Shown: positions 38,502 through 48,807, counted from the stretch's first letter. The stretch is 64,000 bases of DNA from Sedimentisphaerales bacterium (GCA_016931715.1 JAFGEF010000107.1:21932-85931); one strand, 5' to 3'. Notes: generated by a model from the sequence alone, not told the origin. Translations and numbers: made by a program.

Positions 38502-39589
38502 TCGAGAATCTCTTTAGCACTTTCAATGGATGCCGGTAACAAATCAGCTATTTTTTCATATTCGATATTAAGACGCTCTTTTATCGCATACTTACTGTAT
38601 TTTTCTGCAAGAGACGGATGAATCGGACTATTATGCGAATCGCTTTCAGCAAGCAAAATTTCCAGTTCCTCACTTAGAATAAAATCCAGCAGTTCTTTCG
38701 CCTGGTCAGGATGGGGAGCATTTTTTATTAAAGCCGCAGTGTTGGGTATTGCAAGCGGACCGTGACCATCCTGCCTGAGAAGATTCATCGCTACAGGATG
38801 ACCATTTCTTTGAGCTGCATAGACATCATCTGTATCAGTAAAACAAATATCAGCCTGACCCGTAGATACCATCCTGACTGCCGTACTGTTGCCGGAAACA
38901 GTCCTGATTCCATTTTCTTTCAATGCCTTTAAAATTTCTGCCGCTTTTTCCGTGCCATAATGTGCAAACCAGCTCGCCACGTCACCGCCTGTCGTACCGA
39001 AAGACGGCGTTGCCATAACAATACGACCTCTCCACTTGCTGTCGAGGCAATCTTCCAGAGATTTCGGTGACTCTTCGGCAGAAACTTTGTTTGTATTATA
39101 AGCAATTACTCTCGCACGTAATCCGAAACCATGCCATCTGTTCATTTTATCTTTAAATAATTCAGGCCAGTCTTTTATAGTTTCGCTTTCATAAGGAGCC
39201 AGTAATCCTTCGTTTGCAAGTTGTATTGTATAAAAAATCTCACCAGACCAGAAAACATCAGCGACAGGATTTGAAGCTTCAGACCTTATTCTCTGAACAA
39301 GGCCGACTGTTTTGGTCGCTTCCTCATCAAATCGTTCGAGAACATCGATTCCGGACTGCTTTTCAAATCTCTCGATAATTGGTTCGGCAAATTGCATATC
39401 AACCGAGCAGTACAGCACTACTTTTTTCTTTGATGAATCCTGTTTTTTACATGAGGTTATGGTCAAAAAAAGGCATAAAAAAGCAAAGACACACAGGCAC
39501 AAAGAAAAACCGGTACTTTGTCTCTTTGCTGCTTTGTTGCTTTGTTTTTTTGTCACTATTTTAATATTTTTCTCTGATTTTCCCTGCAT
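38498..39589 (-). CDS. family-1 solute-binding lipoprotein, Fe(III)/thiamine-type ABC importer
   Basis: The lipobox is LFLTITSC. The mature part starts VVLYCSVDMQFAEPIIERFEKQSGIDV, with later WSGE, TPSFGTTGG and TDTDDVY blocks resembling FbpA/AfuA-type SBPs. The substrate is not certain. Confidence 0.7.
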   Translation of the reverse strand: MQGKSEKNIKIVTKKQSNKAAKRQSTGFSLCLCVFAFLCLFLTITSCKKQDSSKKKVVLYCSVDMQFAEPIIERFEKQSGIDVLERFDEEATKTVGLVQRIRSEASNPVADVFWSGEIFYTIQLANEGLLAPYESETIKDWPELFKDKMNRWHGFGLRARVIAYNTNKVSAEESPKSLEDCLDSKWRGRIVMATPSFGTTGGDVASWFAHYGTEKAAEILKALKENGIRTVSGNSTAVRMVSTGQADICFTDTDDVYAAQRNGHPVAMNLLRQDGHGPLAIPNTAALIKNAPHPDQAKELLDFILSEELEILLAESDSHNSPIHPSLAEKYSKYAIKERLNIEYEKIADLLPASIESAKEILE

Positions 39590-39615
39590 TCCGTTATCTT
39601 TGAAAAATTGTGTCC

Positions 39616-41307
39616 TTACTCCTGCTGCCCTGCTTCCTTTGAAGTCGGGAACGTTTCTTCGATATTGCCAAAATATGCTTTTATTGCTTCCTCATATCTT
39701 CGCGGGATTTCATTGTCACTGATTGCTTCCGCCGCTGTGTCACGACCAGCCTGTATAACTTCCGACAAATCACGCTTTGATTCGCCTTCAACCTGTATAT
39801 CCTTAACATACCAGCTTGCGATGACAGGGCCCTGCCGGGGCGGTCTTTTAATAATTTCCTTGTCCGTATCGTAGTCACCCTCACTGTCTGAATCGCGTTC
39901 TCCCGTTCCCATTCCGGGACCGCCTGTACCCTGGCCGAAATTATTTATGTCACCTTCACGCCATGGTCCCTGGTCGCCAAGCCCCTGTGCCATACCCTGA
40001 CCAAGACCATTCATGGCACGTGCAATTTCCCTAAGACTTGCTTCGGTTAAATTCATCTGCTGCTGCAGAGCCTCCAGACCATCCAACTGCTCAATTGCAT
40101 CAGCTAATTCATCTGCCGATAATCCGCCTGCGCCTCCTGCACCGCTTGCCGCCATTGCACCGGCCATTTGCGAGAGCCTGTCACGAGCCATATTTGAAGC
40201 GGCCGCCTTATTCATAAGGCCATCTATTTTATCAGCGCTCAGCCCCTGTTTCTGCAAAGCCTCTCGAAGCTGTTTTTCTCCCAATTTCGCAAGTTCCTTA
40301 TCCAGTCCCATCGCCTCAAGCTCTTTCTCAAACTGGCCGCTCTGCTGTGCCAAATCTTCCAATGACTTCGCCAAAGCCTGCATTTGCTCGGACAATTTCT
40401 TTTGTTGTTCTTCAGAAAGTTGTCCCCCGGTCAATTCCTTTTGAATTTGTTTTAGAAGTGCGGCAGCCTGACCGAAATTGCCCTTTGCCAATTCCATTCG
40501 CAACTGCTGAGAAAAAGAATCAGGAGAGCCTTTAAGCTGCCTGAGCATCTGCTCCATCATTTTCATTGATGCAAGAACATCACTTTTCTGCATATTCTTG
40601 ACCTGCTCAGAAAGGTTCCCTAATTGACGCATAGCCTCCCTTTTAACCTCCTGTGGTTTTGCACCGGGAGGCATGTTATCCAGCTTGCCAAGAGCTTCGG
40701 CAATATTGGGATCGTTTATGTTTTTCATTGCCAGTTTTATCGATGAAGCTGCTTCTTTGACCTGGGATTGTGCTTTTTCTTTTTGTTGAGTAATCTCGTT
40801 CTGTTTATCTCTTTTACGCTGAATACCAAGAAGGTCTTTTTGCGGCAGATATGCAAATAATAACAAAACTGTCAGCCATAATGCACCTGTGTAAGCCCAG
40901 CCTTTACAAAGCTTTATGGGAAAATGCCCCTGTAAATCCAGCGATTGCGCCTTTTCTATTGCTTCATTACGAGCGGCTTCGGAGAATTCATCGCGCGCAT
41001 CAGATATTTTAAAAGTCGTGCTGAAACGCTCCTTGAGCTTCATCCTCTCATCCAAAAGCAGCGAAATCTGCATCTTGTTGGGCTGTTTATACAGCCAGAT
41101 TCCAAAAATAGCGGCAGCAAAAATAATGAGATAAACAGCCAGAGTGTTTGTACTTATGACATTCAAAGCTAAAAGTTTTTGTAACAAAATCGCCAATATT
41201 GCTATAACTCCTGCTATAATAAGGACTTGCCCTGCATATCGCAATAGAAGGTTAATGCTGCACCGCACCCTGACTTTTTGAATATTCTTCTCAAAAATCT
41301 TATGCAT
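39616..41307 (-). CDS. membrane-anchored coiled-coil protein (possibly DUF4175-like Bat-operon partner)
   Basis: The N-terminal TM helices are VLIIAGVIAILAILL, VYLIIFAAAIFGIW and TGALWLTVLLLFAY. A long Q/E/K/A/L-rich coiled coil and a Gly-rich stretch follow. The conserved-looking C-terminus is EIPRRYEEAIKAYFGNIE. The family assignment is tentative. Confidence 0.5.
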   Translation of the reverse strand: MHKIFEKNIQKVRVRCSINLLLRYAGQVLIIAGVIAILAILLQKLLALNVISTNTLAVYLIIFAAAIFGIWLYKQPNKMQISLLLDERMKLKERFSTTFKISDARDEFSEAARNEAIEKAQSLDLQGHFPIKLCKGWAYTGALWLTVLLLFAYLPQKDLLGIQRKRDKQNEITQQKEKAQSQVKEAASSIKLAMKNINDPNIAEALGKLDNMPPGAKPQEVKREAMRQLGNLSEQVKNMQKSDVLASMKMMEQMLRQLKGSPDSFSQQLRMELAKGNFGQAAALLKQIQKELTGGQLSEEQQKKLSEQMQALAKSLEDLAQQSGQFEKELEAMGLDKELAKLGEKQLREALQKQGLSADKIDGLMNKAAASNMARDRLSQMAGAMAASGAGGAGGLSADELADAIEQLDGLEALQQQMNLTEASLREIARAMNGLGQGMAQGLGDQGPWREGDINNFGQGTGGPGMGTGERDSDSEGDYDTDKEIIKRPPRQGPVIASWYVKDIQVEGESKRDLSEVIQAGRDTAAEAISDNEIPRRYEEAIKAYFGNIEETFPTSKEAGQQE

Positions 41308-41551
41308 ATTGCGCTCCCTTTCTATCAGAAACAGCCTTTATAATATAAGATTCAGCTTTCGCGTTTAGCTTTTCCTGCCAGCTATACGCTGCTCCTATAC
41401 GCTGATATTATTATAGACGTTTATTCCGCCAAAATGTTACTGAAATTTCCCTTTTTTTACTGAAAATTTATATTTTTATGTATTTAGTTGTTAGGTTTCG
41501 GTTTTTAGTTCACAAAGGTAAAAATCGCCAATATCGCAACTAAGTACTTCT

Positions 41552-42964
41552 CTATTTTTCCACAATAAAAGTAATATCCCAGGTCGAATTCATCTTTTGC
41601 TTTTTTTCTTTTGGCATTTCTCTGCCGTTATCGTCAGATAAATCCTCTCCGATACTGTAAATCACAAAACCTTTATCAAGTCTTTTATATCGTAATTCCT
41701 CTCCATCAAACGGGTCTAATGGTATTGATTCGATATATTCAGGAACAAGATTACCAAGCGAATCTGGCAATTTTTTATGTTTTAACCTGTAACGCTGAAC
41801 AGCCAAAGCAGTTCGAGCTAAACTGAGTCGAGTAATGTTTTTTAAATCTAAAATTATGAAACGTCCGAATGAAGGCAAAATATTTCCTAATAATACATGT
41901 ATATTCGGAATTTCTTTTATTTTTAAGTCGATAGCTTTAGCAGCCTCACGACGCTGATGTGGCGGAAAATTATAAGCTTTGATTATATCATCTGTTAGTT
42001 TAAGAAGAATGATTGCGTCACTTTCACTTAATCCTATCGTCTTATATAGAGTAAGAACAGGTGGAAATGAAAATAATACAGGATTGGAATTAGGATTAAA
42101 ATATATCGATTGGGGTTGAGTAATCAAATCTAAGGCCATAATACGTTCTCCCACAACAGCATTTAACATGCCCTGAGCTTTCTCTGCTTTAGTACAAGCA
42201 TTACCAAGCTCGATTAGCTGCTCATCTGAAAAAGCTGTTTTGTTCAGAGAATATTCCAAAACTGAGACCGCAATGTCCTGACAAGCTATTCTAACTGACT
42301 GTGAAACCATTACAGGTTCATTATCAAGAGAGAATGCAACACCAAAAATGGATTGTATAGATTGAAATGCAATATCCGAATTTTCATTTTCAGCAGCGTG
42401 AACAGCCTCAAGTTGGAGTAGTTGTGCACTGTCCTTAGATTGACTAATATGTGTTAATAGAACTCCTTGCCCAAGCCTGAAATCAGCAGGATAACGTCCA
42501 TGCTCCAATCCGGCAGTTTTGTGCAGTAATTCGAGACTCTTCTGATTATCAATGAGAAATTGTAAAATAAGTTTCTTCATTTCATCTGACATAGTTTCAG
42601 TTCTGCCCGGAAGTTCAGCATTACCTGTAACAGGCAAAAGCTTTCCATCATTAGGCTCTTTATAGTAACCAATAGCATCCAAAACAATATAAGCTGAATT
42701 TTCCACACCCATTGGTATCGAATACCACTGGTTCAATTCCTCGAAAGTTACAGGGTACCCCGCCGCACGAATTGTTTCTATTCTTTCGTTCAGCTCATTT
42801 TTCAGGTATATACGATAAAAAGCAAAAGCCGCAAGAAGAAGAACAAAAAGCATAATCAAAACATGTGAAGTTTTGACTCTTCGCCGCTTTTCTGAAAGAG
42901 TTATCTTATCACGAGTCATAAAATCTCCCAAAATATTATTCAGGATGATTTTATACTTTTTCAA
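41552..42964 (-). CDS. TM-anchored hypothetical protein with a GspG-like C-terminal motif
   Basis: There is a single N-terminal TM (VLIMLFVLLLAAFAFY). The C-terminus reads LPDSLGNLVPEYIESIPLDPFDGEELRYKRLDKGFVIYSIGEDLSDDNG. ATG 42919 (MTRDKITL) is an alternative start. Confidence 0.55.
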   Translation of the reverse strand: MKKYKIILNNILGDFMTRDKITLSEKRRRVKTSHVLIMLFVLLLAAFAFYRIYLKNELNERIETIRAAGYPVTFEELNQWYSIPMGVENSAYIVLDAIGYYKEPNDGKLLPVTGNAELPGRTETMSDEMKKLILQFLIDNQKSLELLHKTAGLEHGRYPADFRLGQGVLLTHISQSKDSAQLLQLEAVHAAENENSDIAFQSIQSIFGVAFSLDNEPVMVSQSVRIACQDIAVSVLEYSLNKTAFSDEQLIELGNACTKAEKAQGMLNAVVGERIMALDLITQPQSIYFNPNSNPVLFSFPPVLTLYKTIGLSESDAIILLKLTDDIIKAYNFPPHQRREAAKAIDLKIKEIPNIHVLLGNILPSFGRFIILDLKNITRLSLARTALAVQRYRLKHKKLPDSLGNLVPEYIESIPLDPFDGEELRYKRLDKGFVIYSIGEDLSDDNGREMPKEKKQKMNSTWDITFIVEK

Positions 42965-43034
42965 TTATAATACAAGGAAAAAGAAGATAACTTCAGCACT
43001 AAATGGCGGGCTAAAGCCTGCCCTGCACACAGTG

Positions 43035-43973
43035 TTATACAAAGTGCTTTCTGTACCATTCAATTGCGGTTTTCAGTCCCTGCTCGAAAGACACAATAGG
43101 CTTGAAGCCGATAAGTTTTTTTGCGGCTGTTATATCAGCCAGAGAATGTTTGACGTCTCCGGGACGTTCGGTAACGTATATAGGTTTGACATTTTTGCCC
43201 AGAGACTTATTTATCATTTCAATAATCTGGTTGACTGTCACTGCCTCGCCGCAGGCGATATTTATGACCTGCCCGCAGGTTTTTTTAGCTCTTGCGGCTA
43301 ATAAATTCGCCTCGACAACATTATCAATATATGTAAAGTCCCTGCTCTGCTCGCCATCGCCGTAAATAGTCGGAGACTGGTCTTTTAATATAGCTGTAAC
43401 AAAAGCGGGAATAGCAGCGGCGTACTGGCTCTTCGGGTCCTGCTGCGGACCAAATACGTTGAAATATCTAAGCGCAATAGTTTCGAGGCCGTACACATGA
43501 CTGAACACCGAACAGTAATGCTCGCCGACAAGCTTGCCTACCGCATAGGGTGACAATGGCGATGGGCACATTGTCTCAACTTTTGGCAATGTCGGCGTAT
43601 CGCCATAAGCCGAGGAGCTTGCGGCGTAAACAAAACGTTTTATACCTGCATCACGGGCGGCAAGAAGAAGCGTAAAGGTCGCATCTATACAATGCCTGTG
43701 AGTAAGAGCAGGGTCATCGACACTTCGCGGCACTGACGGCAAAGCGCCCTCGTGAAAAACAACGTCAATATCCTTCATAGCCGCACGTGCCGCCTGCTCG
43801 TCGCCCATGTCGGCTTCGATGAATTCGATTTTATCGATAATTTCAGCGAGATTGCTTTTTTTGCCTGTAAGAAGATTATCAATAACACGCACAAAGCATT
43901 TTTGCGAGACAAGTTTTTTTGCAATGTTCGAGCCGATAAAACCGGCACCGCCTGTTACAAGAAATTTTTCCAT
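43035..43973 (-). CDS. UDP-sugar 4-epimerase-like extended SDR (WbpP/TviC-like)
   Basis: Supporting motifs are MEKFLVTGGAGFIGSNI, SSSAYG, PYAVGKLVGEHY and GDGEQSRDFTYIDNVV. The start is set at the internal ATG 43973. Confidence 0.85.
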   Translation of the reverse strand: MEKFLVTGGAGFIGSNIAKKLVSQKCFVRVIDNLLTGKKSNLAEIIDKIEFIEADMGDEQAARAAMKDIDVVFHEGALPSVPRSVDDPALTHRHCIDATFTLLLAARDAGIKRFVYAASSSAYGDTPTLPKVETMCPSPLSPYAVGKLVGEHYCSVFSHVYGLETIALRYFNVFGPQQDPKSQYAAAIPAFVTAILKDQSPTIYGDGEQSRDFTYIDNVVEANLLAARAKKTCGQVINIACGEAVTVNQIIEMINKSLGKNVKPIYVTERPGDVKHSLADITAAKKLIGFKPIVSFEQGLKTAIEWYRKHFV

Positions 43974-44318
43974 AATTAAGTCCAAAATAAAAGCCAAAAA
44001 CCATGAAATCAGCATATCCTGATATTATTATTGCTATTTTTATACAAAATTTACGAAAGATTGGGAAGCATATTTTTATACTGGATTCACATTTCCAAAA
44101 TTAACAAGTGCAGATAAAGGGAAATTTCTTGGTTGTTTAAAGTAAATATAGTAAAATTATTCCTATAAATCGAAAATCATATTGTTTACGAAAAAACCTG
44201 TGAATGGTTGCATAAACTACGACAAGATTTTGGATACTACATCTACAAGAGCATTATTTATTTAATCGGCAACAGGGATTATTAAGCAATTCAGATTTTT
44301 TAGCTTAGAGGAGATAAT

Positions 44319-47300
44319 ATGAAAAATGTAAACATAATCCTAACAATAATTTTCATCATAATAATCTCCTTTACATATGCATCCCAGATAAGAGCAGATT
44401 ATCCAGTTATGTCGCAGCATTATGCCGCTGATCCTACGGCAATTGAATGGGACGGTCGATTATATGTTTATTGTTCCAATGACCAGGAAAACACTGAAAA
44501 TAGCGGCTATATCATGGATTCCATCGTTTGTTTCTCGACGGATGACCTTAAAAACTGGACTGACCACGGAATAGTTTTTGATGCGGATGATGTTTCATGG
44601 ATAGGGACCGCATGGGCCCCGTGTATCGTTCAAAACCATAACAAGCTATACCTTTATTTTGGAGATCCTTATTGGGGTATTGGTGTCGTAACGAGTACCT
44701 CCCCGACGGGTCCGTTTACTGCTCCAAAGAATGGTCTGGTAGTGAAACGCTCAACCCTCTCGGGAGGTACTTCTGGTGCAGATAGCACATGGCTCTTCGA
44801 TCCTGGTGTGTTAGTCGACGATAACGGCCAGCCATATCTCTTTTTCGGTGGAGGCGGATCCAATCAAGCCCGCTATGTATTGCTGGATACAAACATGTAT
44901 GATGCTATAAGTTCAGCTTATCCAATTAATTTCCCGGATTTCTTTGAAGCATCGCATATGCACAAATACAACGGAATTTATTATTATTCCTATGCTGACA
45001 ATTATGACAATAACTACAACAATCCAGCGCCGACACCTGGATCTCAAATCGCATACATGACAAGTTCCAATCCGACAGGCCCATTTGTGTATCAGGGCAT
45101 AGCCCTTGGGCCGCCACCTGATAATTATGGAAATAACAATCACCATACATTTTTTACCTTTCTGGGGCAATGGTATTGTGTGTACCATAATCGCTATCAA
45201 GCGGGGATTGACGGAGTTTCGACCACAGAGCATCGAAATATTTGTCTTGACAGGATGGAATATAATCCCGATGGAACAATCCAGCCTGTCGTTCCAACTA
45301 TCGATGGTCTAACACAATTAAAGTGTCTCGATCCCTGCATAAGAGTAGAAGCTGAAACAATCGCGCAGCAAAGCGGTATCAAAACCGAGACATGCTCGGA
45401 AGGTGGTATGAATGTAACCTCCATTGAAAATGGAGACTGGATACGACTGCGCGGTGTAGATTTTGGTACGGACGCGAATAGTTTTGGTGCTCGTGTTGCC
45501 AGTACTCATTTCAGCGGAAGCATAGAACTGCGGCTGGACAGCCTAAATGGAACCGTGATAGGAACTTGCTTTGTTCCAAATACCGGGGATGCTCAAACAT
45601 GGACTACGGCGTATTGCTCTATATACGAAGCATCTGGTATTCATGATCTTTATCTGAAATTCAAGGGTGATCAGGACAAGAATCTGTTCAATATAAACTG
45701 GTGGCAGTTCGATATAAAATATGACGATGATGTGATTATAGAAACTCTTCCCGATCCAATCCATCTCTATAGCTTTAATGAACAAGGCGGAAATCGGATT
45801 TATGACTCATTCGGTTCGGCTGATGGATGGGTAATTAATGGAGGTGTGTTGAATAATGGAATCCTGAATCTTTCCAAGTCGTTGAGCCAATATGTGGATC
45901 TACCGGATGGACTCGTAAGTTCACTAACTGATTGTACAATTGCCGCCTGGATCAAACTTAACTCTGTCGATAATTGGGTACGCATTTTTGACTTCGGCTC
46001 CGGAACAGGAGTAAATATGTTCCTTACTCCGACTTACTGGGGAAATGCACTTCGTTTTGGGATAAAAAACGATGGCACAGAGCAGAACATCAATTCAACC
46101 CAGGGTCCATTGACGACAGGTTTGTGGACGCATGTCGCAGTCACCCTGCAGGGAAATACCGGTGCTCTCTATGTCAATGGCGTAAAGGCTGGACAGAGTA
46201 ATTCTATAACATGGAATCCAGGTGATCTTGGTGATACGACGCAGAATTGGCTGGGACGTTCGCAATGGAACGATCCTTATCTCGATGGTCAGTTCGACGA
46301 GTTCCGAATTTACGATGTTGCCTTTTCTGCGAATGAGGCCGCATGGCTTTTTGAAGGCGGAGAACCACGTGAATTTGTTTCAGGAACAACGGTCGAGAAG
46401 GTTGAGATCAACGCATCCGAAACTCACCAGACTATCGAAGGTTTGGGCGGAGCGATATGTTTTTATAACGGGTGGTTTACAGCACATCCCTGCAAGCAGG
46501 AAATTTTTGACTATGCTTTTAGCGGTTTAAATCTTTCGATGCTGCGGATTGGTAACTGGTGGCGCGGTGTTAATGGTCAGGATACTGCAATCTATGAAAT
46601 AGCTGAAGCTGCTAATCAAAGATTGGGGCATCCTGTGCCGATTCTGATAAGTTCGTGGTCACCGCCAGCATATTTGAAGAGTAATGGTGAAGTAGGTAAT
46701 GGAGGAACCCTAATCAAAAAAGATGGAGTTTATGATTACACAGGATTTGCCGACTACTGGTACGATTCGATTCAGGACTATATTGCACATGGTATTACTC
46801 CTGCATGGATCGGCATACAGAATGAACCGGACTGGACCGCTCCTTATGATTCGTGCAGGTTTAATCCAAGTGAAGCCCAATGGGACGGACAAAATTACGC
46901 AAGCTTTGCTCTGGCACTTGATGCAGTTCACCAGAAACTGGAAGATGGTATGGCTTCGCCGCCAAAACTGCTTGGACCTGAAAATGTAGGCGTCGGCTAT
47001 AATTGCCTTCAGGATTTTATGGCGGAAATGAACACTGACAGTTTTTACGGGATTGCGCACCACCTCTATAACGGCAGTATCGACAGCAGTCCAGACGGAT
47101 ACAACATGGCTTTTAATGATGTATTGAACACGACAAAAAATCTGTTTCCGGGCAAACCGAGATTCATGACCGAATACGGAGATATTGATGGATTGATACC
47201 GTGCGCGAATTTGATTCACAACTCCCTCGTTGTCGAGCAGGTCAGCGGATACAACCACTGGAGTTTGATTTGGCCCAAAAATAGAAATGATCCAAATGAT

Positions 47301-48635
47301 AATCCCTCCAACGGAAATACGTCACTGGTTGAGATCGAGTTTCCATGGGATTCAAGTGATTGGATAAGTCCAAAGGGCTACTGGATCAACCCGTCTTATT
47401 GGTCGATGAAGCATTATTCTTATTTCATAGAGCCAGAATATAAACGAGTAACGACCCAATCCAGCAATTACGACCTCATGACATCAGCCTTCATTTCGCC
47501 TGACCATAACAGGCTGGTTACTGTGATAATCAATAGAAGCACAGAGTCCCCCGCCATAGTGACATTGGATGTCAATTCTTTTGACTATGATTACTCTCGC
47601 ATCTATCAGAGCATGGGCGATAATCATTTCGAATCACTTGGCAATCTTCACAATTTACAGGTCACTGTACCGGTATCATCAATAACTACAATTGTTCTGG
47701 ATAAAGAAGTGGAGGTCGGGCAGGCCGGCAATCCTACACCTGCTGACTGCGAAACAGGGCAACCCAAAAATGTGACATTGACATGGACACCCGGAACCAG
47801 CGCAACAAGTCATGCGATCTATTTAGGGACGGATTGTAACGCAGTAGCAACTGCAACACCGGAATCGCCGGAATATCAGGGTACAGTTCCAACATCGAGT
47901 TTTATGCCAGAGTCACTTTCTTCCAGTACGACTTATTACTGGTCAGTAGATGAGATAGCCTATTCGAGTATTTGTCCGGGCCAGGTTTGGTCGTTCAGTA
48001 CCGCGCCAGCCGTGTTACATGCTCATCTTAAGTTTGATGAAAAACGCGGCACCGGAGTCTCCGATTCCACAGGCAACGGCTGGAATGGTACGCTTGTTAA
48101 CGGTGGTCTATGGACATCCGGCAAGTCTGGCAATGCGGCAGATTTGGATGGCAGCAATGACTATGTAAGTCTGCCTGCCGGTGTGGTCGATGGCTTGACC
48201 AATTATACGATTTCCTCATGGGTGCACCTTGATACAGTCAGTACATGGTCCCGAGTGTTTGATTTCGGAAGCGGAACTACAAAAAGCATGTATTTAACCC
48301 CGCAGTGTGGTGGGTCGAATACAGTGCGCTTTGCCATCACTACAGGCGGCTCCAGCGGAGAACAGCAAATAAATGGCACTGCCGCGATTCCGTCTGGTGT
48401 CTGGACTCACGTGGCCGTGACATATCAAGCTGGTACTGGTATTCTTTATATTGATGGAATTGAAGTTGGCCGCAACAATAATATATCCCTTACTCCTTCT
48501 TCGCTCGGCCGCACAATGCAAAACTACATCGGCAAGTCCCAATGGCCTGATCCATATCTCAATGGGCGTGTGGATGATTTCCGCATATACTCCGATGTGC
48601 TGAGCGCTTCTGAAGTAGCTGCATTAGCCAAATAA
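44319..48635 (+). CDS. secreted multidomain glycoside hydrolase: GH43, CBM6, LamG, a clan GH-A (GH30-like) barrel, an FN3-like module and LamG
   Basis: A strong RBS (GAGGAG) lies 7 nt upstream and the signal peptide is MKNVNIILTIIFIIIISFTYASQIRA. GH43 motifs are ADPTAIEWDGRLYVY, WAPCIV and FEASHMHKY. The CBM6-like part runs IRVEAETIAQQSG...WWQF. The two LamG modules are (I/V)FDFGSG...WTHVAVT...DEFRIY and DDFRIY. The clan GH-A catalytic motifs are IQNEPD and FMTEYG. Confidence 0.85.
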   Translation: MKNVNIILTIIFIIIISFTYASQIRADYPVMSQHYAADPTAIEWDGRLYVYCSNDQENTENSGYIMDSIVCFSTDDLKNWTDHGIVFDADDVSWIGTAWAPCIVQNHNKLYLYFGDPYWGIGVVTSTSPTGPFTAPKNGLVVKRSTLSGGTSGADSTWLFDPGVLVDDNGQPYLFFGGGGSNQARYVLLDTNMYDAISSAYPINFPDFFEASHMHKYNGIYYYSYADNYDNNYNNPAPTPGSQIAYMTSSNPTGPFVYQGIALGPPPDNYGNNNHHTFFTFLGQWYCVYHNRYQAGIDGVSTTEHRNICLDRMEYNPDGTIQPVVPTIDGLTQLKCLDPCIRVEAETIAQQSGIKTETCSEGGMNVTSIENGDWIRLRGVDFGTDANSFGARVASTHFSGSIELRLDSLNGTVIGTCFVPNTGDAQTWTTAYCSIYEASGIHDLYLKFKGDQDKNLFNINWWQFDIKYDDDVIIETLPDPIHLYSFNEQGGNRIYDSFGSADGWVINGGVLNNGILNLSKSLSQYVDLPDGLVSSLTDCTIAAWIKLNSVDNWVRIFDFGSGTGVNMFLTPTYWGNALRFGIKNDGTEQNINSTQGPLTTGLWTHVAVTLQGNTGALYVNGVKAGQSNSITWNPGDLGDTTQNWLGRSQWNDPYLDGQFDEFRIYDVAFSANEAAWLFEGGEPREFVSGTTVEKVEINASETHQTIEGLGGAICFYNGWFTAHPCKQEIFDYAFSGLNLSMLRIGNWWRGVNGQDTAIYEIAEAANQRLGHPVPILISSWSPPAYLKSNGEVGNGGTLIKKDGVYDYTGFADYWYDSIQDYIAHGITPAWIGIQNEPDWTAPYDSCRFNPSEAQWDGQNYASFALALDAVHQKLEDGMASPPKLLGPENVGVGYNCLQDFMAEMNTDSFYGIAHHLYNGSIDSSPDGYNMAFNDVLNTTKNLFPGKPRFMTEYGDIDGLIPCANLIHNSLVVEQVSGYNHWSLIWPKNRNDPNDNPSNGNTSLVEIEFPWDSSDWISPKGYWINPSYWSMKHYSYFIEPEYKRVTTQSSNYDLMTSAFISPDHNRLVTVIINRSTESPAIVTLDVNSFDYDYSRIYQSMGDNHFESLGNLHNLQVTVPVSSITTIVLDKEVEVGQAGNPTPADCETGQPKNVTLTWTPGTSATSHAIYLGTDCNAVATATPESPEYQGTVPTSSFMPESLSSSTTYYWSVDEIAYSSICPGQVWSFSTAPAVLHAHLKFDEKRGTGVSDSTGNGWNGTLVNGGLWTSGKSGNAADLDGSNDYVSLPAGVVDGLTNYTISSWVHLDTVSTWSRVFDFGSGTTKSMYLTPQCGGSNTVRFAITTGGSSGEQQINGTAAIPSGVWTHVAVTYQAGTGILYIDGIEVGRNNNISLTPSSLGRTMQNYIGKSQWPDPYLNGRVDDFRIYSDVLSASEVAALAK

Positions 48636-48710
48636 TAGAAATTTATATGAACTCACCACAATCATACACCGTATGCCAGACACTGTTTTTTCTGACACTG
48701 ATTAACACGG

Positions 48711-48807
48711 GATTTACACAGATTTTTTTCTACGTTTGTCATTACCGGTGATGGCTTGGCCATGCCATAGGCAAGACGGGAATCCATTTACTATTCACTA
48801 AAGACTA
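48711..48807. repeat. hairpin-containing intergenic repeat module M2 (left, inverted copy)
   Basis: The core cgggaatccatttactattcacta at 48777-48800 is 24/24 identical to the reverse complement of 59667-59690. The flanking blocks cacagatt, ttttcta and gtttgtcatt are also shared. This copy carries a longer central hairpin (ccggtgatggcttggccatgccataggcaagacgg). Confidence 0.6.
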
